Notes under the pieces: generated by a model
What the model was told of the DNA's origin: nothing
The model's input: the letters and a program-made list of their open reading frames with translations, nothing else
Databases searched by the model: none
Part shown: one piece after another, positions 12,833 through 24,424 of the stretch
Layout: every line of letters begins with the position of its first letter
Position numbering within the stretch: position 1 is the stretch's first letter
Origin: Octopus sinensis
Taxonomy: Eukaryota
Direction: 5' to 3'
Length of the DNA: 64,000 bases
NCBI RefSeq assembly: GCF_006345805.1
Contig: NC_042999.1
Location: 163,370,001 to 163,434,000, forward strand
Program-made: the position numbers and the translations under genes

Positions 12833-13548
12833 GGATCTTTTCCTTTTGAACGGCACTTTGTAACATAATTTCTAGGCAACTAAATAGTTTTAAACTTCGT
12901 ATACTGGTAGAATGTGTTTATAAAACATCTTTTTCTCTTGGCTTTATTGAGAAAATTCTATAGTTTGTAAGATATTTCGTCTGAAATTTCTTGCATTTCG
13001 GCAATTTTAACCAATCAATTACCTCCATTGACGTAAATAACATTCTGTGCATAATGAATATGTCCCTCCTTTAAGAAACAGATTGGGTTTATATACATTT
13101 GTGAAGAAAAAAGATACCCTTTTCCCCACCCCTAACCCTAACTAACCCTAAATCTAAAATAGATTGAAATGCAATAGATCGATACTAGGATTATAATTTC
13201 ATACGACACTGGTACGGAAAATAGATCGATACTAGGATTATAATTTCATACAACACTGGTACGGAAAATAGATCGATACTAGGATTATAATTTCATATGA
13301 CACTGGTACGGAAAATAGATCGATACTAGGATTATAATTTCATATGACACTGGTACGGAAAATAGATCGATACTAGGATTATTATTTCATACGACACTGG
13401 TACGGAAAATGGGATTGTTTTCTAGCGGTGTCAAATGAAAATGTTACCCATAATTATGGCCCTAGTATCGATCTATTGCATTTCAATCTATTTTCGATTT
13501 AGGGTTACCTAAAAATGTTACAAAGTGCCGTTCAAAAGGAAAAGATCC
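12833..13548. mobile_element. Non-autonomous DNA transposon, probably MULE, with internal minisatellite
   Basis: About 34-bp TIR GGATCTTTTCCTTTTGAACGGCACTTTGTAACAT; 9-bp TSD TAGTAATTT/CAGTAATTT. Confidence 0.8.
13173..13410. repeat. 47-bp tandem repeat, 5 copies
   Basis: Unit AATAGATCGATACTAGGATTATAATTTCATACGACACTGGTACGGAA at 13173, 13220, 13267, 13314, 13361. Confidence 0.95.
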
Positions 13549-14266
13549 CAGTAATTTTGCTGTTTCTAGTGTTTTTGTTAGCCTTATTGTTATATAGTTC
13601 ATTCTTCTGCTACATTTCTTGTAATACTTGTTGCTGTTACTGCTTCTCTTACTGTTATTTATATTTTTTACTGGGATATGTCACATAAAAATGAACAATT
13701 ATTTAATAATGCCAGCGTGATTTTAGTAAGTGTTATCCAATTCAATACTTACACCTAAAATTTGGTTTCAATTCCTCGTATGATTTCCTTAATATTACTT
13801 AAAGCATATATTTAGGGGCTACGAATTGGCAGAAACAGCAGATCACACGACTTATTACTTTACAGAATTTAGCTTTGCACCTCTTCAGGGATAGATCCAG
13901 AATTAAGATGTTGGGGATGGGATGCAATTTAGAAATAAACTCTGAGAATTCGAGATAAACAGTTATTTATGTGCATCATACATGCATGCATACGTACATA
14001 CATACATACATACATACATACATACATACATACATAGGCTTGAGGCCAGAAGGACTCCAAGAAACAGACCAATCCAGAAAAGAAGGATTTGGAAGCTAAA
14101 GAACCCTTCAGAGATTTAGGGACATCCTCATCAAGAAATTTGATGAGAAGGAGGAGGAGCTACAGACGTCGGACATAGAAGGTAGCTGAAAATTCCTACG
14201 GGACAGCTTGCTGAGTGCCACGACCAAGTCTGTGGATGGTGCAAAGTTCCTTCCAGACCTAGAGTT

Positions 14267-16396
14267 ATGTGGTGGTGGAATAGTACAGTAGACAAAGCCA
14301 TTAGTGCAAAGAAACAGACCTGGAAAGCATGGAGGGATGGGGGTAGCAGGGAACTGTACCAGGTAGCCAAAAGGGAGGCTGGGCAGCAGGTATACATAGC
14401 CAAAGATGTAGCAGCAAAGAAGAAGTTTGCCAATGTCCAGCGACGTGAGGACCAAAGAACTGAGGTATTTCGTATTGCTAGACAGTGTGTGAGAGAAAAT
14501 AGTGATGTTACAGGAGAGAAATGTGTCTGCATGGATGATGGGGCACTTGCCTTTAATGTTGGTGAAAAGAAAGAGGCTTGGAGAAGCCATTATGAAAGAC
14601 TGCTGAATGTGGAGAATGAATGGGAGGAGGAGAGCCTGCCAAATGTTGACCCAGTAGAGGGACCAGCTATCCGAATAGACGGCTCCCTAGTAGATAAAGC
14701 AATTAAGGATATGAAACCGGGTAAAGCCCCCGGCCCATCAGGAATCACTGCTGAGATGCTTAAAACAGCTGGTTATGCGGGCTATGGCCTAGTCACCCGT
14801 ATCGTTAACCAGGTAGTTCATAATGGAGTCATACCCAATGACTGGTGTAGCAGCACCATAGTCAACTGCTACAAGGGTAAGGGTGATGCTCTAGATAGAA
14901 ATAACTACAGGGGTATCAAACTGTTGGATCAGGTGATGAAGACCACAGAGAGGGTCATAACCCATCTCATTAGGGAGAGAATTTGCTTAGATGAGATGCA
15001 GTTCGGTTTTGTGCCAGGTAGAAGCACCACTGATGCTATATTCCTGGTCCGACAACTGCAGGAGAAGTACCTAGCTAAAGATAAACCCCTCTACATAGCT
15101 TTTGTGGACTTGGAGAAAGCTTTTGACAGGGTTCCCCGATCCCTTATCTGGTGGTCGATGCGGAAACTGTTGATTGACGAATGGCTAATAAGGGCTGTAC
15201 AGGCTCTATACAGAGAGGCTGTCAGCAAGGTTAGGATTGGCAACGAATATAGTGAAAAATTCCGGGTAGAAGTAGGTGTACACCAGGGCTCAGCCCTCAG
15301 TTCCCTTTTATTCATCATAGTCCTCCAGGCAATAACAGAGGAATTCAAAACAGGTTGCCCCTGGGAGCTCCTCTATGCTGATGACCTGGCCCTCATAGCA
15401 GAATCACTACCGGAACTAAAAAAGAAATTTCGGGTGTGGAAACAAGGGTTAGAATCTAAGGACCTTAGAGTAAATGTAGCGAAGACCAAAGTTATAGTAT
15501 GTAGAAAGGCGAACTCAGCACACACCCCATCGGGCAGGTGGCCCTGCTCGAGCTGTAGGAAAGGTGTAGGTAGAAACTCCATAAGATGCACCCAGTGTAA
15601 GCTATGGACGCATAAGAGGTGCAGCAACATCAAAGGGAAATTAACTGATAAGATAGCTTTCATGAGCGGCAGATGCACAGGGACAATAGACACCACAGAC
15701 ACTCAAAAAACAGATTCCATCACACTCCAGGAGGAGAAACTAGAAGTAGTTGATAGTTTCCGCTACCTGGGTGACCAAGTTAGTAGTGGGGGTGGATGCT
15801 CAGAGAGTGTCACCACTAGAATACGAATAGCCTGGGCAAAGTTTAGAAAGCTCCTACCCCTACTGGCGACAAAGGGTCTCTCACTCAGAGTGAAAGGTAG
15901 ATTGTATGATGCATGTGTGCGAACTGCCATGCTTCACGGCAGTGAAACATGGGCCGTGACTGCAGAGGACATGCGTAGACTTGAAAGAAATGAAGCTAGC
16001 ATGATCCGCTGGATGTGTAATGTCAGTGTGAATGCATGACAGAGTGTAAGCACCCTGAGAGAAATGCTAGGCATAAGAAACATCAGATGCGGTGTGCAAG
16101 AGCGACGCTTGCGATGGTATGGTCATGTACTGCGGATGGATGAGGAGAGATGCGTGAAGAAGTGCCACTCCCGAACAGTTGAAGGAATCAGGGGGAGAGG
16201 TAGACCCAGGAAGACATGGGATGAGGTAGTCAAACATGACCTCAGAGCGTTGGGCCTCACTGAGGCAATGGTGAAGGACCGAGATCTCTGGAGATGTGCT
16301 GTGACTACTAAGATCCGGGATGCTTCCGGCACCAGTTCTGCATACCCCCTGCCCATCCAAAGTACCTTGGATCCCAGAACATCTCGCTGTGCTTGA
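14267..16396 (+). pseudogene. RTE reverse transcriptase with PHD-like Cys/His insertion; in-frame TGA at 16037-16039
   Basis: KAPGPSGI, NYRGIKLL, QFGFVPGRST, FVDLEKAFDRV, GVHQGSALS, LLYADD, FRYLG; ORF 16064..16396 is in the same frame after the stop. Confidence 0.93.
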
Positions 16397-16467
16397 GGAG
16401 ACCTGTCGAGTCAAGTGCATATACATGAACATCGAACCAAATATCAATGGAAACAGTAGCTGTGATA

Positions 16468-17300
16468 CCTGTGCCGGTGACACATAAAAAGCACCATCCG
16501 AACGTGGCCATTGCCAGTGCAGCCTCGACTGGCTTCCGTGCCGGTGGCACATAAAAAGCACCATCCGAACGTGGCCGTTGCCAGTGCAGCCTCCACTGGC
16601 TTCTGTGCCGGTGGCACATAAAAAGCACCATCCGAACGTGACCGATGCCAACCCCGCCTCGAATGGCTTCTGTGCCGGTGGCACATGAACATCGAACCAA
16701 ATATCAATGGAAACAGTAGTTGTGATACCTGTGCCGGTGACACATAAAAAGCACCATCCGAACATGGCCGTTGCCAGTGCAGCCTCCACTGGCTTCTGTG
16801 CCGGTGGCACATAAAAAGCACCATCTGAACGTGACCGATGCCAACCCCGCCTCGAATGGCTTCTGTGCCGGTGGCACATAAAAAGCACCATCCGAACGTG
16901 GCCGATGCCAGCACCGCCCCAACTGGCTTCTGTGCCGGTGGCACATAAAAAGCACCATACGACCATGGCCAACGCCAGCACCGCCTCGACTGGCTTCTGT
17001 GCCGGTGGCACATAAAAAGCACCAACCAATCGTGGGATCCTGGAACATCTCGCTGTGCTTGAGGAGACCTGTTGAGTCAAGTGCATGTACATGTACATGA
17101 ACATCGAACCAAATATCAATGGAAACAGTAGTTGTGATACCTGTGCTGGTGACACATAAAAAGCACCATCTGAACGTGACCGATGCCAACCCTGCCTCGA
17201 ATGGCTTCTGTGCCAGTGGCACATAAAAAAGCACCAACCGATCGTGGCCGATGCCAGACCCCTCTGGCACCTGTGCAGGTGGCATGTAAAAAGCACCCAC
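16468..17300 (+). repeat. 67-bp-unit tandem array in the RTE 3' UTR
   Basis: Recurrent GTGCCGGTGGCACATAAAAAGCACC core (e.g. 16538, 16605), with higher-order duplication of the 16370-16470 segment. Confidence 0.92.
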
Positions 17301-17664
17301 TACACTCGCGGAGTGGTTGGTGTTAGGAAGGGCATCCAGCTGTAGAAACACTGCCAGATCAGACTGGAGCCTGGGGCAGCCCCTGGCTCCCCAGACCCCG
17401 GTCGAACCGTCCAACCCGTGCTAGCGCGGAAAACGGACGTTAAACGATGATGATGAATATACATATATAAACACATGCTCATGTATATATATAAATAACC
17501 CTTTGAAGTTTTCTAGGAAAGAGGATGTTCCTTCACCTCTACCAGAGTCTGCCACAAACCTGAATTCTTCATATTTATTTTTAAACTTGTAAGGGAGCTA
17601 AAAGATAATGATTTTGTTTGACAAGAAACAAATTTAGTCGCTAAAATGCAGTTCTTCCATTTCA

Positions 17665-18062
17665 TCTTTATATATAAAAGTGAGGTTGTGTGCTGTCTGT
17701 CTCCTACGATTTAGATTCCTAACTACTCCCACATTTTGCGGTGCAGTTTAAACAAAACCGGGTATCTTATAGTTGTGATTCATATCGAGCCCTTCTGGGT
17801 ATTAGAGCGCGTCTACGATGAGTCTATGATTTAAAAAAAAATTTACCATCAATTTTTCCCATTTTTAATGCATTTTTGGCATATATAAGGGAAGTAACTC
17901 TCTAAAAATTTATTATTAAATCTCAGAACGTAAAAAGCTACAGTAACCCCCCCCCCCCTTTGTGGTTAGCCATATTGAGATGGCTATTATACTTTACATC
18001 TTAAAAATGCTTATATAGTTATTTCCCTTACAAACCCGAGCAACGCCGGGCAATACTGCTAG
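17665..18062 (+). mobile_element. Non-autonomous Helitron
   Basis: A|TCTTTATATATAAAAG ... CCCGAGCAACGCCGGG..CTGCTAG|T. Confidence 0.9.
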
Positions 18063-18384
18063 TTTGATATAAGCAAATAATTGTCTTTTGCTGTATACTA
18101 CAAAAACAGAAACAGAATACTATTACCAGCAGGGAAATGGCTATGCCTGATATGCAGAAAGGAGTTTACAGGAACTCTATACAGAATACCCAATGAAAAT
18201 TATAGTAGTGGCTACACAAATGTGCAATGGAATCTTGGGCTGGTTGACAGAGAAAAAGAATTTTATGCCATTGATGCATAGGAGTGACCACCTACAAGAG
18301 CCAAAAGGAAATTAAGTTATCAGTTTATAGTAGTTGATAGCTTTTGACCTAATCAGCAATTGAAGTGAATGTTACAGAAGAATG

Positions 18385-19355
18385 TGTAGGAATACGACCG
18401 TATATGAGGAGATTGGTGACATAGGTCTCCCTTTTTCACACGGTCGCATCCCTAACGAAATAAGATAAGCCATAATACAAATTATACAATACAGTGCCAA
18501 CAGAATATAAATGAATGAGGAGATGTTTGAGAGAAGATAAGATTTTATTTACAAGGTGTTGAGGTTAGAGGAGTGTGAGTGCTAGCAAGTGTTGTGTTGG
18601 TGTGTATGCAACAAGTGTTTGTGTTCGTGTGTGTGACAAATACAAATAAGGTAAATGCGTATGACACAGAAATACAGAGCATAGATGAAAGTCTCAGCAT
18701 AGAGTTAAAGATGGAATTTGGATTACCAGTTCATAAAGTACACGATATGCAAGAGTTCTATAACAAGATGTTGTGTCTCGAAGCGGAGCTGAGTTCCCTT
18801 AATACAGAATTTCTTCATATGGAATGACTGTTATACGTAGTGAAATGATTCACTCTAACAGCGTTAGTAAAACTGGTTGTGTTGGTGAGTACATGTCTGA
18901 AGTTGACGGTGGTAATGGCGACGATGGTAGAGATGACTTGAAGTTGGTATGATGATGGTGACGACAGCGGCGGAGATAGAAGATGTTCTGTCTGTCGCTG
19001 GTATATAATAGCATCGTAGTGGCTGGAAACTGGAACATAGCTGAGCACGATGCTGGTCAGTGACTAGACCTTAGAAGGTCTGGAGTCAAAGAACAAGAAT
19101 AGTGAAAATGCAAGCCTATTTACAGCCCATGGTAGGCTCAAAGAAGGGCATCAAGAAGCAGGCCTTATCCAAAATTTGTGATTGGTTGGCTTCACACTCT
19201 GGCGCGAAATAGGAAGTAGAGACAAATCGCGCCACATGTCAACCAATCAGATCAGTGGACACAACAGGAACAACCCAGCCAAAGATGGCTGTAATCTCAA
19301 ACGAGATCATTCCCGCTGCGTCTCTCAAACAATGAGGATATCAGAGACCGCTACA
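18385..19355. mobile_element. Solo LTR (family C)
   Basis: TGTAG..CTACA termini, perfect TSD AATG; related inverted partial copy at 25016-25519. Confidence 0.85.
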
Positions 19356-19689
19356 AATGTAACCAAAGTGAAGACTGAATGGAAAAAATTCAAGGTGCTA
19401 TTGCATCTATTAACATCATGCAGTCTGACTTTTACTCTTTGTTGTGACAGGCTGATTGCATAATGCTCAAGTATAAAGTAAGATATTGTATACTAAATGT
19501 GGAAGATATATAAAGGCTGGAAAAAAATGGGATGAGTATGCTCTTCTGAATGACTAATATTAGCTTGCATGAATGATAGAGCACAAGTGTACTAGATATC
19601 ATAGTTGTTAACTGTAGTGTGCAAGAGAGAGGACTCCTCCATATATGAAAGCTTCTTGGTGAATCCACTCCTAGCCAAAGCATCATTGT

Positions 19690-20600
19690 AGTGGGGGTGC
19701 AGCTCTGTTAAAGATCACCCTATCGGCCGAGAGCTTTGATACTCTTCTACAAAGTTTCTAATTACAGCTGGGAGGTGGGTTTTGAGCTCCTGTGGGTGTA
19801 TAGTTTCCTTGTCGGGTTTCCTGTAGGAGTAGTACTTGACTGGATAGTTTGTAGTTGAGTTCTCGGTTGGTTGGGGGGGGGGTCTAGTTGGTACATGGGA
19901 AATTTGTCGAGTGTGTTGTTCTTCTTCTTTATCACTGACAGCCATTTGAGTTGGTAGGCTGTTTAACAAAAGTTTGTTTCCAGGTTGAATACGATTTTCT
20001 CATTCAGCTGTTGGCTCAAAATAAATTTAGGGCCCTGACTGAGAAGTTCTAGTTCTTCATGGGAGAGTGACTCACTCAAGCCTGTGAATAGGGATTTCAT
20101 TGTTGATGGTGTGAAGAGGCTGACAGAATATTCATGATGTTCAACGATGAAAGAAATTTAGCTAATCTAAGAATTAAGGAAGCTATCCTCATAGACAGAC
20201 TGAGACCCCAAATTAACAACAGGCTGGAGGTTGGCAGTCAGTATATTATTTAGCTACATGTGGATGCGTGCAGGTTCATTTTTGATAACATGCTCATGTA
20301 TTATTTATAAAAAAAAAAGGAGGAAAAAAAAAGAAAAGGAAACTACGGATGTGCCAGCACACATGGGGTGGAGACATGGCCACCCTCGTGCACTTCTTAT
20401 GAGGAATTCCGGAAGGTGCTCTGTGAGACTACTGCAGAAATGCATCCGGAAAGAAAAACCTTTAGAAAACCGATTATAGCAGTGACTCAATCAATTCCTA
20501 GGAATATCTGAAGATGGAATTTTTATATTCCGAGATATTATATCAGACTATGGATGATTAAATCATAACAGTTATTATAAGTCCTTTGTTGTTACTATAG
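19690..20600. mobile_element. Penelope-like element relic (ORF N-terminal part on -, GIY-YIG tail and pLTR on +)
   Basis: Minus strand LSESLSHEELELLSQGPKFI; plus strand LRIKEAILIDRLRPQINNR; downstream hammerhead motif. Confidence 0.6.
20504..20543 (+). ncRNA. Minimal type I hammerhead ribozyme motif (one core substitution)
   Basis: ATAT-CTGAAGA-T-GGAAT-ttttat-ATTCC-GAGA-TA-TT-ATAT. Confidence 0.6.
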
Positions 20601-20631
20601 TGCATTGTTGTGCCATTCAAGACACATTATT

Positions 20632-20683
<52 letters not shown>

Positions 20684-20704
20684 TTACATACATACATACA
20701 CACA

Positions 20705-20757
<53 letters not shown>

Positions 20758-20769
20758 CATAACTGTATA

Positions 20770-21535
20770 TATCATCATCATCGTATAACGTCCACTTTCC
20801 ATGCTAATATGGGTTGGATGGTTTGACTGAAGATTGGCAAGCCAGGAGGCTGCACCAGGCTCAAATCTGTTCTGACAAGGTTTCTACAGCAAGTTGCTCT
20901 TCCTAATGCCTACCACTCCAAGGTTATAGTGGGTGCTTTTTATGTACCACTGGCACAATGGCCAGTCAGGCAGCACTGGCATTGACCAAGCTCAAATGGT
21001 GCTTTTTACATGCCACCAGCACTAGCATTGGTCACACTCAGTGGTGGTTCTTATGTGCCATCAGCACGGGTGCCAGTCAGGCAGCACTGGCATCAGCCAT
21101 GACTACGATTTCACTTGATTCAACAGGTCTTCTCAAGCACAGCTTATTGCCCAATGATTGAAGGGTATTTTTAAATGGGCTGGTTATGCAACACTGGCAT
21201 CATCCATGGCTACAATCTCACTTGGCTTGCCGGGTCTTCTCAAGCACAGCATATCTCCAAAGATCTCAGTCACTTGTCATTGCCTCCTTGTGGCCCAACG
21301 TTTGAAGGTCATGCTTCACCACCTCATCCCAGGTCTTCCTGGGTCTACCTCTTCCACAGGTTTCCTCTACTGCTAGGATGTGACACTTTTTCACACAGCT
21401 GTCATCATCCATATGCAACACATGACCATACCAGTGCAGTTGTCTCTCTTGCACACCACATCTGATGCTTCTTAAGTCCAACTTTTCTCTCAGGGTGCTT
21501 ACACTCTGTCGTGTATACACCCTGGCATTACATAT
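20770..21535 (-). mobile_element. RTE LINE 3' fragment
   Basis: WYGHVLHMDD..RGRPRKTWDEVVKHDL plus 3' UTR and (GAT)n tail. Confidence 0.9.
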
Positions 21536-21589
21536 GAACATACATACATACATATACACACATTTACATACTTCAACACATACTCAGAC

Positions 21590-22800
21590 AGACACAACCT
21601 TAAGCAACTTTTTAAAAATTTTGAGGTAATCGAGCCCCACCAAGGTTTTTTTGATACTTGGGAATTACTTGTCGATTCCTAAGTTGTTTTTTCTCAGAGT
21701 TAGTCCTTCATAGATTCTCAACAGTGCTCTAATGCTTTGACAACCTAATCTTCAGGAAATTCAAATGTTTGGTCAATGTCAAACTCTCTCCAGAGTCCTG
21801 TGACCAGGCTGCTTTACCCAAAATGTTTGGTCTAGGTTTTCACAAGTGCTCATCTCTAACTCTTCCCTGTTTTCTTTCCTCCACCCACACTTGCTCCCCT
21901 TCAGTAGGCAACATCCTCTCCTCTCCAACACAAACTAGTTCCATCAGGGAGATGGATGAATCTTAGTTACAGTGGATAGAGCTGGGTTTGTCAGTTCCTG
22001 TTACAGTTGAGGATAAATGGAAGCAGAGAGTATGGGGCAATCTGCGTTCAGGTGCCACTTTCAACTCTCTCCTTGATCAATCTGATCAATTTTCAAGGTG
22101 CGAGTGCAAAAATGTCAGGGGACTGGATTGAAGCCCCGTTGGTGGCCAACATTGGAGATCTACTCAGTCTAGATGAGCTCCACATCTCCATTGCACTCAG
22201 AGTGGGAACTGACATCTGTAGGGGACTGAGATGTCGCTGTGGTATGCCTTTTGACTCCACAGGTCTTCACAGTCTGTTTTGCTGCCTAAATGCTGGTTAC
22301 TTTGCTCATCACACCAAATTAAACTTATCATTAAGCAAGCCCTGGCTTGGATTAATATCCCCTCAGTTCCGGAGCCAGTGGGATTATCCAGAAGTGATGG
22401 GAAGGGGCCAGATGGTCTTACCCTCTGTCCCTGGGTAAGAGATAGGTACATCATCTGGGACACCACAGTTTGTGACTCCTTTGCTCTCTCTACCACGTCC
22501 TGTAAATTGGAGGGCCAAAGCTTCCGTAGCCAAACAGAACAAAGCCCTGAAGTACCAGGACCTGTCAGTGACCTATTTCTTCCAGCTTGTGGCTTTTGAG
22601 ACACTTAAAGCGGCTGGGCCACTAACAGTGAAGTTTTTGTTGTTGTTGGTAGCTCTCCTTATCAAGATGTCGGCTGATGCCCGTTAGGGTGCTTGGCTTT
22701 TCCAACCCCTTAGCCTCACCATTTCCCATGGTAATGCTGCAAGTGTTTTGGCTTGCTTCAGTAGGTGTGTAACTAATTGAGGCACTTACAAAGCTTAATT
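21590..22800 (+). mobile_element. CRE-like non-LTR retrotransposon 3' fragment (zinc knuckle + RLE)
   Basis: CRCG..DSTGLHSLFC, EPVGLSRSDGKGPDGLTLCPW..IWDTTVCDSFA, KYQDL..VAFETL, terminal GNAASVL. Confidence 0.75.
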
Positions 22801-23094
22801 CAGTTCAATTAAAAAGCATGCGTAAGCCACGCATTGTAAGTGACATTATAAATTGCGAAAATATTTATCTGCGTGCAGGGTATGCATTGCTCCTCCAATG
22901 CCTGTTTTTTCATTTCTAAATGAATTCTCCTTATTGCTATATAATAGATTTCACATTTCTAAAAGATGGGTTGTTTGTTATTAAATAATACTGTGCAATT
23001 AAACTAATAAAATACATATGGCATATGTCAAATTTTGGCTCAGGCATTGCTGTTTTTGAATTCCAAAATTATTGCAATGTTACATATCATTTAA

Positions 23095-24424
23095 AACTGA
23101 CCAGAACTAGAGGAGAAGTTTCAGGTGTGGAAACAAGGCCGAGAATTGAAGGGCATTAGAGTCAATCTAGCAAAAACCAAAGACTTCATAAGTAGGAAAG
23201 CAGACAAACCACAAATCCCTTCAGGTAGATGGTCCTGCTCAATCTGTAGAAAAGGTGTAGGTAGAAACTCCATAAGATGTAGCCGGTGTAAGCTGTGCAT
23301 ACATAAGAGGTGCAGCAATATCAAAGGAAGGCTAACTGGGAAGATAGTTTTTCTGTGTGGCAAATGCTCAGGAACAATGAACACTGAAAATGTGCTGAAA
23401 ACAGCTTCCATTACATTTCACGGGGAAATGGAAGCTATCAACTAGAAGTAGTTGATAGCTTCCATTACCTAGGTGACCAAGTCAGTAGCATGGGTGGATG
23501 CTCTGAGAGTGTAGCTGATAGAATAAGAATAGACTGGGCAAAGTTCAGAGAGCTCTTACCTCTGCTGGTGACAAATGGCCTCTTGCTCAGAGTAAAAGGT
23601 AGACTGTATGATGCATGTGTGCGAACAGCCATGCTATATGGCAGTGAACATGGGCTGTGACTGCAGAAGACATGCGTAAGCTTGCAAGGAATGGAGCTAG
23701 TATGCTCCACTGGACATGTAATGTCAGTGTGCATACACAACAGAGTGTAAGCGCCCTGAGAGAAGAGTTGAACATAAGAAGCATCAGATGTGGTGTGCAA
23801 GAGAGACAGCTGCACTGGTATGGTCATGTGTTGCATATGGATGATGACAGCTGTGTGAAAAAGTGTCACATCATAGCAGTAGAGGAAACCTGTGGAAGAG
23901 GTAGACCCAGGAAGACCTGGGATGAGGTGGTGAAGCATGACCTTCGAACGTTGGGCCTCATGGAGGCAATGACAAGTGACTGAGACCTTTGGAGATATGC
24001 TGTGCTTGAGAAGACCTGGCAAGCCAAGTGAGACCGTAACCGTAGCCTATGCCAGTGCAGCATAACCAGCCCATTTAAGAGTACCCTTCAATCATTGGGC
24101 AATAAACTGCATTTGCAAAGACCTGTTGAGGCAAGTGAAATCATTGTCATGGCTGATGACAGTACCACCTGATTGGCACCCATGCCAGTGGCACGTAAAA
24201 AGCGCAATTCGAGCATGGTTGATGCCAGTGCCAGCTGACTGGTCCTCATGTTGGTGGCACATAAAAAGTACCCACTACATTCTCAGAGTGGTAGGCATTA
24301 GGAAGGGCGTCCTGCTGGAGAAACTTTGCCAGATCAGATTGAAGCCTGGTGCAGCCTTCGGGAAAACTGTCCAACCCATGCCAGCATGGAAAGCAGACGT
24401 TAAATAACAATAATGATGATGATG
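23095..24424 (+). mobile_element. RTE LINE 3' fragment (same family as 14037-17456)
   Basis: RWSCSICRKGVGRNSIRCSRCKLCIHKRC..FLCGKC, C-terminal RTE motifs, 3' UTR and tail. Confidence 0.9.

Larger units (their letters stand above)
14037..17456 (+). mobile_element. 5'-truncated RTE-clade LINE with long repetitive 3' UTR and (GAT)n tail
   Basis: RT ORF 14267-16039 continued after one TGA; RTE C-terminus RRLRWYGHVLR..RGRGRPRKTW; 3' hairpin and GATGATGAT tail. Confidence 0.95.

Noticed and set aside
16468-17300. Repeat-spacer look-alike of a CRISPR array (also 48880-49340 and 13173-13410)
   Set aside because: The apparent spacers are homologous to one another, the arrays lie inside a LINE 3' UTR or a MITE, there are no cas genes, and the DNA is eukaryotic.
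16067-17414. Long minus-strand ORFs (409, 236, 193 aa; also 48689-49472)
   Set aside because: Stop-poor antisense reading of the tandem repeat; the same peptides recur in all three frames.
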